Below, in pieces: positions 29,271 to 39,002 of a DNA stretch of 64,000 nt (its first letter is position 1; each line of letters begins with the position of its first letter). The DNA comes from an uncultured virus (IMG/VR IMGVR_UViG_3300044445_000196). Lineage: Duplodnaviria > Heunggongvirae > Uroviricota > Caudoviricetes. The position numbers were made by a program, and so were the translations under genes. The DNA lies in IMG/VR virus record IMGVR_UViG_3300044445_000196; one strand, given 5' to 3'. Below the pieces are notes generated by a model. It made no database searches. It was given only the letters and a program-made list of their open reading frames with translations, and had not been told where the DNA came from.

Positions 29271-29703
29271 GAGCGACCTCCGCGCGCGAGCCGCCGAAGT
29301 CGGGCGCTCCGAAGTCGGGAGCGTCGTCCACCTCGTCGTGCTCGTCGAAGCCAGCAGGGGCGGGCTCCTGGACGGGTGCGGCGTACGCGGCTCCCTCCTC
29401 GTCGGGCTCCGGTTCGGGATCGGGCTCGGTGTCGCTGCCGTCGAGGGCGAACAGGCCCAGCATGCTGCGCACGACCTGGTCGTCGGTCTCGCTCCACTTC
29501 TCGCGGTCGCTGTTGAGGTAGGCGATGACATTGGCGGTCTTCACGCCCTGCGCTTCGGCGAGGTCGGCGTACAGACGCGCGGACTCGAACAGGCGCGCCG
29601 CTTCGGCGGCGTGGCCCTCGCGGGAGGCCTGCTGCCCGCGGTTGTGCTCGTCGAGCGAGCGCTGGACGAGGTCGGTGACCTTCGGGATGGTGGGGGTGCT
29701 CAT
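29260..29703 (-). CDS. Hypothetical protein with acidic tail
   Basis: ATGA overlap with upstream gene. Confidence 0.65.
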   Translation of the reverse strand: MSTPTIPKVTDLVQRSLDEHNRGQQASREGHAAEAARLFESARLYADLAEAQGVKTANVIAYLNSDREKWSETDDQVVRSMLGLFALDGSDTEPDPEPEPDEEGAAYAAPVQEPAPAGFDEHDEVDDAPDFGAPDFGGSRAEVARAR

Positions 29704-30488
29704 GCGACGTTCTCCTCGGGGATCAGCAGACTGCGGGTGGGCCGCTGTCGGGGTTCGGGGATGGGTTCGGGGTCGTGTTCCGGTTCGGGCTGGTGGTCCT
29801 CGACCGGTGCGGGCTCGACCTCAGCGGTCGAGCTCTCGACGTGTGCCGCCTCCGGCTGGACCATCTCGAGAGCGATGTCCTCGGGCGCAGTCCGCTCGAC
29901 CCCGGGCGCAGCGACGGTGACCGCTGCGGGAAGGGGCGGGAGGGCGACCAGCGTGGGCGGCGCGACCGGGTCGACCGCAGGTTCCGCGCCCACGGCCGCG
30001 GCATGCGTAGTGGCGGGCGTCTCGGGCTCGCCGTGGTTCATGAACACCAGGCGGGTCAGCTCGTGCGCGGCCAGGAGCGCACCGATGGGGGCGACAGCGG
30101 CCATTGCGATGCCGCCGTACATCTCCGGCGACGTCCACGACCACTGCCAGCCTGAGCAGACGTGCAGGGCGTTGACGGTGACGGACAGGCCGGTGAAGAA
30201 GATGAGGACGCGCATGGCGTGGGCGGCGAATCGCTCGATGTCGCGCCAGCGCCAGACGGCGTAGCTCGCGGTGTAGACGAGGATGGGGCCGTCGATGATG
30301 ACGGGGGCCAGCCACCAGAACTCGCGCGGGTTGTGGGTCCACTCGGCCGCTTCGTAGAGCGCGATGAAGCTGAACGCCATCGCAGCGAGCATGACGATGA
30401 GGACCACCAGCACGACGCCGATGCCGACGAAGGGACGGTCGGGGCTGAAGCGGGCGCCGCGGGGCGCCGGCGGGGCGGGTGAGGTCAT
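29700..30488 (-). CDS. DUF2637/SpdA-like membrane protein
   Basis: FSFIAL...WLAPVIIDG...SVTVNALH...VAP pattern, 4 TM; class A motif 30496-30505. Confidence 0.75.
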   Translation of the reverse strand: MTSPAPPAPRGARFSPDRPFVGIGVVLVVLIVMLAAMAFSFIALYEAAEWTHNPREFWWLAPVIIDGPILVYTASYAVWRWRDIERFAAHAMRVLIFFTGLSVTVNALHVCSGWQWSWTSPEMYGGIAMAAVAPIGALLAAHELTRLVFMNHGEPETPATTHAAAVGAEPAVDPVAPPTLVALPPLPAAVTVAAPGVERTAPEDIALEMVQPEAAHVESSTAEVEPAPVEDHQPEPEHDPEPIPEPRQRPTRSLLIPEENVA

Positions 30489-30522
30489 AGGAGAGCTATG
30501 CGCGGTGCCGCCCCCGGAAACG

Positions 30523-30552
30523 ACACAAGCCCCGCCGAAGCGGGGCTGTGTG
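30523..30552 (-). terminator. Hairpin terminator
   Basis: AGCCCCGC CGAA GCGGGGCT. Confidence 0.65.
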
Positions 30553-30561
30553 CCGGTGTTC

Positions 30562-31206
30562 TCAGCTGTTGGCGAGCTGTGCTCGAAGGTCGCGCATCTG
30601 CTTCTCCACCGCGTTGTTCCGCGAGTAGAAGGCGTCCGGCATGATCTGGTGCAGCTCGTATCCTTCCCACAGGCCGCGAGCCGACCAGGGGTGGCCTCCG
30701 TTGGTCACGTACATCTCGGCCTGCTCGGCTTCGGCCTGCTCCTCCGGGGGCAGGCTACCGAGGTTGTCGATGATCTGCGCGGCGCGCGCGACGTAGCGGA
30801 CGGTGCTGGTGGGGATGCGGCGGGGGCGGTTCGCCTCGAGCTCGGCGTAGAAGCGTGCCTGCTCAGCGTCGCGGTATCGCCACAGGGTGTCTGCGTCTCC
30901 ACGGTGGGTGTTCCGGATTTGTCGGGCTTCTTCGCTGTTGCCCCAGAGGTGCAGGTGCTCGTCCACCTGGGGGTCCGCCCAGGCGTCCCACTTCGCCGCG
31001 TAGGCGGAGGCGAAGTTCGTCATTGCCTCATCGGAGATGGGCTGGGTCTTCCAGAAGTGGAGGTACTGCTCGGCGCCGCCCGGCCAGTTGTTCGGCGGGA
31101 ACAGGAACGAGCCGTCGACTTCTTCTGCCAAGGGGACCTCCGGGGCGCTGTGGTTCTTGTGACCATACTGCCCGTTGGTCTCTCGTGGCTGCGCGTCGAG
31201 CGTCAT
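30562..31206 (-). CDS. Tagged hypothetical protein
   Basis: MTLDAQPRETNGQYGHKNHSAPEVPL. Confidence 0.8.
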   Translation of the reverse strand: MTLDAQPRETNGQYGHKNHSAPEVPLAEEVDGSFLFPPNNWPGGAEQYLHFWKTQPISDEAMTNFASAYAAKWDAWADPQVDEHLHLWGNSEEARQIRNTHRGDADTLWRYRDAEQARFYAELEANRPRRIPTSTVRYVARAAQIIDNLGSLPPEEQAEAEQAEMYVTNGGHPWSARGLWEGYELHQIMPDAFYSRNNAVEKQMRDLRAQLANS

Positions 31207-31212
31207 CGGCGT

Positions 31213-34200
31213 TTACCTTCCCAGGTTGTTCGTTCGAGGCGTGATGGGTGCGGCCTCGCTCGTAGTGGATGTGCGCGGCGTGCCCAGGCGACGTGCGGTG
31301 GCGCGGGCGGCGATGATCTCGTTCAGCTCGGTCTGCTTGACCGCGCGACGCTGTCGGGCGACCTCGCGTGCGGCGTTGACGCCCTTCTTGGCCGCCACCG
31401 CGACCACGACACCGCCGACGACGGGCGCGCCCATCACGACGAGGCCGGTGCCGGCCGCGGCCGCGGTTCCGATGGCCACGGCCTTGCCCTTGGAAGTGCG
31501 GGTGAGGTCGAGGGCCTTCTTCGACACCTCACGGGTCTTCTCCGCTCCTGCCGCCGCGGTGTACGACGTCTTGCGCGCGGCATCAACCGTGGCGCGTGCG
31601 GCACCGGCGGTGCTGGTGGCCGCGGAAGCGGCGGCGCGGCCCGTGGCGCGGGCGGCGTCCGCGGTGCTGGTGGCGGCGGCGGTTGCGGCGGCCGTGGCGG
31701 CGCGACGCGTGCCTGCGGCAAGCTCTGCCCCCTTTGCGGCGGGGTTGGCACGCACCTCCAGAGCTGAGACCTTCGCTTCACGCCAGGCGGCGTTCCCGCC
31801 GTCGCTGATGGTCTTGGCCGTGCGCTGCGCGGTCTGCTTCGCTCGGGCGCTGAGCTCAGCGGCACCCTGACGAGCGCGGTCCACGGGCGAGGTTCCACCG
31901 TCGACGCTTGGCTTGACCTGTGGACGCGAGGCGCCACGGGATGCCGCTGTGAGGGTGGAGATCCCCGCGGCGGTCGCACCAGCCGTGCCGACGGCAGCAG
32001 CGTTGTTGCGGGCGGGCGCGGGCTTGGGAGACCCGTCCGTGCTCACCCGGGGGCGTGGCGCGTCATCCACGCGGGCAGCGAGCGGGCCGACCTTTCCGGC
32101 GCCGGGGACGGGGCCGATGGAGGCGGCGCCGCGTGCGGCGGGAGAGCCGTTGCCGGCCGCGTCACCACCGCGCTGGGGGCGGGACGCACCTCGCGTTGAT
32201 GCCGCCAGTGCAGCGGCACCAGCACCCGCAGCAGCGGCACCGGCGGCTACCGCGACACCCGCACCAGCGGGGGCTGACGCTGCATGGGAGGCACCGGCAG
32301 CTGCGGCACCTGCACCGGCGCCGAGGACGGCCGCAGCTTCATGCGCGGCGGGGTTCCCTGCGCCGGGGGCGTCGGAGCTCACCTGGGGCTGTGCCGCGCC
32401 GGTCGCGGACCCAGCCAGCGAGCTGAGCATCTCAGCACCGGCCACATTCGCGCTCTCGCGTTCTGCACGCTTCGCGGCGCGGCGTTCGTCACGCTCGGCG
32501 CGAGCGGAGACGGTGGCGGCCTTCTGCGCCTGGACCTTGCCCTCGGGCGAGAGGTCCTTCCACGTCGCCACCGGGATCGCCGACACCATCGGCGCGGGCG
32601 CGTCACCGGGGGCGGTGAGGAAGTTGTCAAGGCTCGGGCGGTTCATCAGTGCGACACGACCCCGCGCGGCGGGGCTGAGCAGCTCGTCCTCACCGAACTC
32701 GATCCCGCCGGCGTTGACGGCGTCGCTGAGCGCCGCGGCGCGGGAGTCCTGGCGCTGCTCGAGCTTGCCGCGGAGGTCGCCGATCTTCTTCGTCAGCATG
32801 CTGGGGTGCTCCTCCCGCCACTGCTGCTTCGCCTCACGGCGGAGCTGACGCTCCGAGTCTTCCGAGAGGTACCTCGTAGCCGCGGATGCGGCCGCCTCGG
32901 CAGCCTCGGCACGCTCGGGCGTGTTCGACGCGCGGCGCTGTGCGCCCTTGGCGAGCGCAGACCCGAGGAGGCCGACGACGCCGGCGGCGCCTGCGGCGGC
33001 ACCGCCCGTTGCAGCGGCGGCGCCGGCACCCGAAGCCCCGGCGCTGGCCAGCGCTGCTCCGCCGACTCCCGCACCGGCACCCGCACCGGCACCCGCACCG
33101 GCCAGTGCACCGCCGCCGGCCCCGGCGGCCGGGGCAGCAGAACCGGCCAAGGCCGCCCCGCCAGCACCGGCAGCACCGGCGCCCTTCAGACCACCGGCGC
33201 GGGCGGGAAGGGTGCCGCGGCCAGTCGCGGCGGCCGTGATGTCCGCACCCATACCGTCGTCGCCGAGAGCGCGAGACGCGGTGCGACCGCCACCGGCGTC
33301 ACCAGCACCCTTGCGCTCGCCCGGAGCGGCCTTACCGCCAGCGCCGACCATCCACGAGGTGTACTTGTTCGACCCGAGAGCCTTACGCCCCAGCGAGCGT
33401 CCCGCACCGGCCGCGCGGCTCTGCATGCGGTTGACCATGCTGGCACCGACGGCACCGCCGACAGCGCCACCTGCGGTGCCCCACGCGAGGGCGCCCTTAG
33501 CGCTGACCGGCGAAGGCATGTGGAACAGCTTCGTGAACATCAGGTGCACGCCGATGACGGCCATGAGCGGGCTGAAGGACACCCACAGCATCGCGCCGAA
33601 CGTCCCGGCCGGGCCCCACAAGACGGACAGTCCGGAGATGATGAGTGAAAGTGTCGCGATGAGGCCGAGCAGCAACGTCGCGCCGAACGCGAAGATGGTC
33701 ACTCCGAGGAACTGGAACGAGGGCTTGCGCATCGTCTCCATCGTCGCCTCGCTCTTGAACAGACTGAACACGAGCAGCAGGAAGAGCGTCGCGACCAGCA
33801 GCAGCATGAAGATCTTCGATCCGAACACGGCGAGCGAGAGGAAGAAGAAGACGGCAGCGGAGGTGAACGCGCCGACGAGGTAGACGATGGAGTTCACGGT
33901 CGAACCCACCGCGACACCCGGGTCGCGGCCGTGAAGGGTGTTGATGAAGTTCTCGACCTCGGCGTTGTTCTTGGACTTCTCACGCGCCATCTCGACATCG
34001 GCGACGTTGAACACACCGCCGGCCGCGTTCTTCATCTCGTCCGCGGTGGCGGCGCCGAACGCCTCGTTGCAGTTGCCGGGCTGGATCCATTCGGAGAAAC
34101 CGGCACGGACAGAGAACGCGGTCCCTGCCTGGTTTGTGGGCTGGCACGCGGCCCACGCGACCATTGCGGCGTCGTTGGCTTCGTTGTCGGAGGTGCGCTG

Positions 34201-35340
34201 GAGCATCGGGCCGGACGTACTGGCGAACGGGCTGGTGCCGCGCATGTCAGAGTGCGCGACCTGACTCTGGTTGTTGTACAGCGCCATGGAGAGCATGTGC
34301 GCGCGGGTGTTCGCGCCCTTGCTGGTGCCCCGCTCGAGCTCGCGGCAGGCGACTTCATTGCCGTACGGGTTCCCGTCGCCGAACTGCACCACCTTGTAGG
34401 TCTGGTAACCCGTCGACAACCACAAGGTGTTCATCGCCACACCCACGGCGTTTGCGCCGGGGCTCGGTGCGAGCTGGTTGCTGGCGATCTTCATGCCCGC
34501 CTGCTGTACGGCGTTGCAGGACCAGCCCTGCTGCTCCCCGGGAAGGGTGGCATTGCTGGCGGTTTGCAGGCCGGTGACAGCGGTGCCGACGAGGGCGCCG
34601 GCCATGAGGTCGATGGTGCCGGTGACATTGGCGGCGATCCACACGGGCGTACCCACCTTGGGGACGTACGTGCCCTCCGGGACAGCCCCGGCAGTGCTGG
34701 CCGACGCCTGCACACCCATGAACCCGACGAGCGCGAAAACCACGGCCGCCTGGATGATTTTCCCCCAGGGGCGGGTGCCAGGTCGCTTCACGGCGCGCCA
34801 CAGGACGACAGCGAGCAGGAAGGCGAAAAGAGCGGCGAAAAGCACGGGGGTGTTTTTCAGCCCCATCCCAAGGACTCCGGAGGCCTTGTCGACCTGGTAT
34901 CCCAGCGAGGACTTGAGGGGCTCGAACTTCATCGAAGCGGCGGTCAGGCTGGTGGCCTGGGTCCACAGGAAGTTTCCGCCGGACATGACCGCACCGGCGA
35001 AGCCCCGCGATACCGAGGCGTTGGAGGACTCCACCGGGTTCCACCAGTTCAGGCGGGAGTGGTAGGCCATCTCTGTCCACCGGTTGGTGGGGAGGTACTG
35101 GCTGTTGTTGTAGTTCGCGTCGCGCTCCTCCGGGCTCAGCGTCCCACCGCAGCCCCAGATAGAGCAGTTGTCCTGCGCCTGGAGTCGGATGAGGGCAGTC
35201 TGAGACACTGGCGCGGGGGCCGAAGCCTGGATCGACTGAACCTGCGCACTGCGTTCGAGGGAGACCGCAGCGGCGGAAGTCGAGCCCATCGACAGTACGG
35301 CGACGATGGGCAGGAGGAGGAGCGCGAAGAGCTTACGCAT
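31213..35340 (-). CDS. Large VirB6/TrbL-like conjugation membrane protein
   Basis: Signal peptide, multiple TMs, long Gly/Ala low-complexity tail. Confidence 0.6.
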   Translation of the reverse strand: MRKLFALLLLPIVAVLSMGSTSAAAVSLERSAQVQSIQASAPAPVSQTALIRLQAQDNCSIWGCGGTLSPEERDANYNNSQYLPTNRWTEMAYHSRLNWWNPVESSNASVSRGFAGAVMSGGNFLWTQATSLTAASMKFEPLKSSLGYQVDKASGVLGMGLKNTPVLFAALFAFLLAVVLWRAVKRPGTRPWGKIIQAAVVFALVGFMGVQASASTAGAVPEGTYVPKVGTPVWIAANVTGTIDLMAGALVGTAVTGLQTASNATLPGEQQGWSCNAVQQAGMKIASNQLAPSPGANAVGVAMNTLWLSTGYQTYKVVQFGDGNPYGNEVACRELERGTSKGANTRAHMLSMALYNNQSQVAHSDMRGTSPFASTSGPMLQRTSDNEANDAAMVAWAACQPTNQAGTAFSVRAGFSEWIQPGNCNEAFGAATADEMKNAAGGVFNVADVEMAREKSKNNAEVENFINTLHGRDPGVAVGSTVNSIVYLVGAFTSAAVFFFLSLAVFGSKIFMLLLVATLFLLLVFSLFKSEATMETMRKPSFQFLGVTIFAFGATLLLGLIATLSLIISGLSVLWGPAGTFGAMLWVSFSPLMAVIGVHLMFTKLFHMPSPVSAKGALAWGTAGGAVGGAVGASMVNRMQSRAAGAGRSLGRKALGSNKYTSWMVGAGGKAAPGERKGAGDAGGGRTASRALGDDGMGADITAAATGRGTLPARAGGLKGAGAAGAGGAALAGSAAPAAGAGGGALAGAGAGAGAGAGVGGAALASAGASGAGAAAATGGAAAGAAGVVGLLGSALAKGAQRRASNTPERAEAAEAAASAATRYLSEDSERQLRREAKQQWREEHPSMLTKKIGDLRGKLEQRQDSRAAALSDAVNAGGIEFGEDELLSPAARGRVALMNRPSLDNFLTAPGDAPAPMVSAIPVATWKDLSPEGKVQAQKAATVSARAERDERRAAKRAERESANVAGAEMLSSLAGSATGAAQPQVSSDAPGAGNPAAHEAAAVLGAGAGAAAAGASHAASAPAGAGVAVAAGAAAAGAGAAALAASTRGASRPQRGGDAAGNGSPAARGAASIGPVPGAGKVGPLAARVDDAPRPRVSTDGSPKPAPARNNAAAVGTAGATAAGISTLTAASRGASRPQVKPSVDGGTSPVDRARQGAAELSARAKQTAQRTAKTISDGGNAAWREAKVSALEVRANPAAKGAELAAGTRRAATAAATAAATSTADAARATGRAAASAATSTAGAARATVDAARKTSYTAAAGAEKTREVSKKALDLTRTSKGKAVAIGTAAAAGTGLVVMGAPVVGGVVVAVAAKKGVNAAREVARQRRAVKQTELNEIIAARATARRLGTPRTSTTSEAAPITPRTNNLGR

Positions 35341-35839
35341 CGAGAATGCTGGCCTTTCCGGTGTCGGTGGCGCTGGTCACAGAGCGCCCGACGGCGGGAG
35401 TTGAGAGTGGGGCGCCGGCGCCAGCCAGCACGTACTGAGGAGTGAAGAAGTTGACAGCCGGCTTCACGACCGGCTCTCCGCAGATGTAGAGGGTGGCCTT
35501 CTCCGTTGCCGAGGAGCGCTTGTCAATGAGCGCCCGGTAGTTCCTCAGCTGCAGACCACGCTTCGACCGCTGGTCGATGAAGTAGAGCCCCCCGAAGACA
35601 AAGAGGACCGGCACGCCGAATGCAGCGATGGCGATGGAAGGGGAGAACACGGAGATCAGGGAAAAAACCATCAGCGTCACGGGGAGGCTGACGATGATGG
35701 ACCCGCCCACGACGTAACTCGTGAACAGGTTCATCTCGTAGTTGCGAACGAAGAAGACACGCTCGGCGTTCTTCTTCCTCCCCGTGAACGCTGTGAGGTC
35801 GTACGCGGCCGGAGCCGAAGGGGCGTCGTCGCTAGGCAT
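35333..35839 (-). CDS. Two-TM protein, VirB3/PrgI/TcpE-like by architecture
   Basis: YDLT N-terminus, two TMs, position between pilin-like and VirB6-like genes. Confidence 0.45.
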   Translation of the reverse strand: MPSDDAPSAPAAYDLTAFTGRKKNAERVFFVRNYEMNLFTSYVVGGSIIVSLPVTLMVFSLISVFSPSIAIAAFGVPVLFVFGGLYFIDQRSKRGLQLRNYRALIDKRSSATEKATLYICGEPVVKPAVNFFTPQYVLAGAGAPLSTPAVGRSVTSATDTGKASILDA

Positions 35840-35856
35840 GGCGCGGCCTTAGCGGC

Positions 35857-36171
35857 TCAGCCCCCGAGGTTGCCGGTCAGCACATCGAGCAGCTGCGTCA
35901 CCAGGTTGATGATGACCTGGACGATGTTCAGCACGAACGGGATGAGGAACGCGGGCGCGGTCAGCAGGAGGCCGATGAGCATGGGCCACCACGGGAAGCC
36001 CTGCATCGCGCCGCCGCCGCCACCGCGCGACTTCTGCCAGAAGAACTTGATGAGGAAGAACGCCATGATGGCGCCTCCCACGATGGAGAGCACGACGGTG
36101 ATACCGCCGGACATGGGGATGTTGCCCCAGAAGTTGTTCCAGCCGTCGACCAGCGAGTTTCCGATTTCCAT
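35857..36171 (-). CDS. Small hydrophobic VirB2/pilin-like protein
   Basis: 104 aa, two TMs with basic Gly-rich loop. Confidence 0.5.
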   Translation of the reverse strand: MEIGNSLVDGWNNFWGNIPMSGGITVVLSIVGGAIMAFFLIKFFWQKSRGGGGGAMQGFPWWPMLIGLLLTAPAFLIPFVLNIVQVIINLVTQLLDVLTGNLGG

Positions 36172-36227
36172 GGTGTTCCTTCCTCAGGGAGCGCGACGCG
36201 CTCGATGGGTACCCTGCGGCGAATGCC

Positions 36228-37295
36228 TCAGGCGGCCTGGTGGGCGGCCTGACGGGCTTCGCGACGCTTGAGCGCGCGGAGCTTCTGAACGTCCACGGCC
36301 GCGGTCATCGCGGCGTCCCAGACGCGCTCGGCGTGGTCGGAGTTGCGCACGAGGATCCCGGTGACCTGCTCCTTGCCGTGCTCGTCCAGCTCGCCGAACG
36401 GCGCGAACAGACCGTCGTTCGCGGGGTGGTCTTCCGCGGTGTCGCCGTTCTGCCACGCCCGGGCGACAGCGGCGGGGCCACCGAAGTCGGTTACGGCGGC
36501 GCGGTGCCCGCGGTCGTCAGCGAGGCTGAGAGCTGCCACCTTGGGGGCGTCCTCGGCGATGATGTTCCAGATGTTCTTGCGGACATCGGCCTTCGAGAGG
36601 GAGTTCTCGGCCTCGAGCGAGTCGAGGGTCTTCGCGGCCTCGGAGGTGTCGAGCGCGTAAGTCGAGGCGTCGTCGCGCGCGGCGAGGAGATCACCGTGCG
36701 TGGTGGCACCGTCCGTGCCGACGGGGGCGTCGAGCTCCTTGAAGAGCATCTTGCGCTCGAAGCCTTCGGAGGGGCGGCGGCCGGGCTCGGCGGACAGGCG
36801 AATCTCATCGGCCTTCGCCTTCGACTCCGCGTCGGTGGGCATGCGGCCGTTGTCCTGCATGAACTCGTCGACCCACGCGACGTACTTCTTGCGCGCCGTC
36901 AGCGCGGTGTGGTGCACGTTCGGGTCGAGGTAGCGCTGGGAGACGGAGCGGGTGGCGTGCTGGACGAATGCGTCGTCGCTGAGGTTGTTGGTGCCGCGCT
37001 TCTGCTGGCCGATGATGTCGACGATGGTGTCGCCGATGATGTCGTCGCGGTCGTTCCACTGGCCACGGCGAGCGGCGTAGCCGTTGGCCGCCTGCTCGGT
37101 GTTGCGCAGGAGCTTCGCCCAGCGCGCGCGGTCGGCGGATGCACGCTCGACGTCTGCCTGGCGGGCGTCGAGGTCGTCGAAGGAGACGGAGTCGAGGGCG
37201 AGAGCCACCTCGGGTCCGGTGTGCTCCTGCTCGCCGAAGCGGCCCGTGGTCTCGCGGGCGTTCTCACGGCGGGTGATGGTGTTGGTGTCGGTCAT
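36228..37295 (-). CDS. Tagged divergent sigma-like protein
   Basis: ENARETTGRFGEQEHTGPE; DRDDIIGDT (region-2-like), DNGRMPTDAE and ELDAPVGTDGATTHGDLL (region-3-like); class B motif 37303-37312. Confidence 0.7.
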   Translation of the reverse strand: MTDTNTITRRENARETTGRFGEQEHTGPEVALALDSVSFDDLDARQADVERASADRARWAKLLRNTEQAANGYAARRGQWNDRDDIIGDTIVDIIGQQKRGTNNLSDDAFVQHATRSVSQRYLDPNVHHTALTARKKYVAWVDEFMQDNGRMPTDAESKAKADEIRLSAEPGRRPSEGFERKMLFKELDAPVGTDGATTHGDLLAARDDASTYALDTSEAAKTLDSLEAENSLSKADVRKNIWNIIAEDAPKVAALSLADDRGHRAAVTDFGGPAAVARAWQNGDTAEDHPANDGLFAPFGELDEHGKEQVTGILVRNSDHAERVWDAAMTAAVDVQKLRALKRREARQAAHQAA

Positions 37296-37338
37296 GTCCG
37301 GCATGTACGCGGGCAGTTCCGAAACCTCGTCGGCAAGG

Positions 37339-37692
37339 TCAGCGTGGCGCGGGCGGGCGCCGCATCGCGATGCCGTCAATGCCGTCGTGGCCGGTCGCGG
37401 TGAAGCCGTACTCGCCGTAGAGGCCCACCAGACGCGTGATGTTTGCGCCGAGCATCGACGTTGCGGAGAGCAGGACGACCGCCCCGACCTCGTCCGCCCA
37501 GGCGGCGACTTCGCTCAGCGCCTGGCGCGCGCAACCGCGGCCGCGGAGGTCCGCGGGCACGGCGATGAGGTCCAGGGAGACGACGCCCAGCCCTGCGTCG
37601 CTGACGTGGACCATCGCGGACAGCGACGCCACGCTTCGGCGGAGGTCAGCAGCCGTATTAACACGAGCGCTATGCGCTCGCGCGCGCTTCAC
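37339..37692 (-). CDS. GNAT acetyltransferase (start uncertain)
   Basis: IAVPADLRGRGCA...LYGEYGF. Confidence 0.6.
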   Translation of the reverse strand: MKRARAHSARVNTAADLRRSVASLSAMVHVSDAGLGVVSLDLIAVPADLRGRGCARQALSEVAAWADEVGAVVLLSATSMLGANITRLVGLYGEYGFTATGHDGIDGIAMRRPPAPR

Positions 37693-37700
37693 GTCGGGCC

Positions 37701-37825
37701 CTACTGTCCCGCCTCGGCGGTGCGGGCACGCACCTCACACCGCTTGATAGCTCGCAGCCGCTGGACGTCGACGGCGGCGCTCATGGCCGAGTCCCAGATG
37801 TCGGGGTGGTGCGCGTTGAAGTAGA
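37701..37825 (-). pseudogene. 3' remnant of a paralog of the sigma-like gene 36228..37295
   Basis: IWDSAMSAAVDVQRLRAIKR versus VWDAAMTAAVDVQKLRALKR. Confidence 0.65.
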
Positions 37826-37865
37826 CCGCGCCGGCGCCCGCGACAGCGTCACGCATAGGCACCCC

Positions 37866-39002
37866 ATGCCCACCGCTCGAATCACGCTCACCGACGCGCT
37901 CACAGGCCTTCGCGACCTGCCGGACAACTCGGTCGACGCCGTCATCACCGACCCGCCCTACGGGCTGACCGACATCCCCGTGAAGAAGCTCACCGATGCC
38001 ATCTCGCACTGGACGAGCGGTGAGCGGGACTGGGTCCCGGCGGGGCGCGGGTTCATGGGGAACGCGTGGGACAAGTTCGTCCCGCCGCCGGCGCTATGGG
38101 ATGAGGCGTTCCGTGTGCTCAAGCCCGGTGGATATCTCGTGTCGTTCGCTGGGGCGCGCACGGTGGACCTGATGGGCCTGTCCATCCGCCTGGCCGGTTT
38201 CAAGGTGAAAGACATCGCCGCGTGGATTCGCTCGGACTCGTTCGCGAAGACCCCGCAGTCCCTCAAGCCCGGCCACGAGCCGGTCGTCATGGCGCAGAAG
38301 CCGCTCGCTGGCACCGTCGAGCAGAACATCGACGAGTGGGGCACGGGCGGTCTCAACATCGAAGACTCCCGCACGCCTTACCTTTCGGAGGCCGACGAGG
38401 CCGAGACGAAGACGAAGAACGCGCACGGCAAGTTCGGCACCCGCCACGGCGGCAACGCGGTCTTCGGCAACTTTGGCGACGAGCTGCGCGAGGACTACAA
38501 CCCGCCCGGACGCTGGCCCTCCAACACTCTCCTGTCCCCCGCCGTGGCTGACGCACTCGATGCGGCGTACCCGGCATCCCGTTCTCGTAAGGGCCCTGCC
38601 CGCACCGGAGCAGCGGGCGAAGGGTGGGGGACCACCGCCTCCGGCACGGAGCACGACGATGTCGGCGGGCCCTCACGCTTCTTCCCTCGCGTGGACGAGG
38701 ACGTCGACGACATCGACCTGGCGTTCTCCGAGATGCGATTCGCGTACGCGGGCCGGGCGCCCGCTCGTGAACGGCCCGTCGCTGAGGACGGCACGAAGCA
38801 TCCGACGGTGAAGCCGCTCTCCGTGATGAGGTGGCTGGTGCGCCTGGTCGCTCCCGCCGGCGGCACGGTCGTGGACATGTTCTCGGGGTCGGGCACGACG
38901 CTCGAGGCGTGCCTGCTCGAAGGCCGGGATGCTATCGGGTTCGAGTCCCACGCCCCGTTCCTCCCGCTCATCGAACGGCGCATCGCCCGGTCGTCTGCGT
39001 GA
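37866..39002 (+). CDS. DNA methyltransferase (N6/N4, beta-type)
   Basis: TDPPY, HPTVKP, DMFSGSGTT; class A motif 37849-37858. Confidence 0.92.
   Translation: MPTARITLTDALTGLRDLPDNSVDAVITDPPYGLTDIPVKKLTDAISHWTSGERDWVPAGRGFMGNAWDKFVPPPALWDEAFRVLKPGGYLVSFAGARTVDLMGLSIRLAGFKVKDIAAWIRSDSFAKTPQSLKPGHEPVVMAQKPLAGTVEQNIDEWGTGGLNIEDSRTPYLSEADEAETKTKNAHGKFGTRHGGNAVFGNFGDELREDYNPPGRWPSNTLLSPAVADALDAAYPASRSRKGPARTGAAGEGWGTTASGTEHDDVGGPSRFFPRVDEDVDDIDLAFSEMRFAYAGRAPARERPVAEDGTKHPTVKPLSVMRWLVRLVAPAGGTVVDMFSGSGTTLEACLLEGRDAIGFESHAPFLPLIERRIARSSA

Noticed and set aside
33060..33200. GCACCGGCACCC tandem repeats
   Set aside because: Simply encode the Gly-Ala low-complexity tail of the VirB6-like protein.
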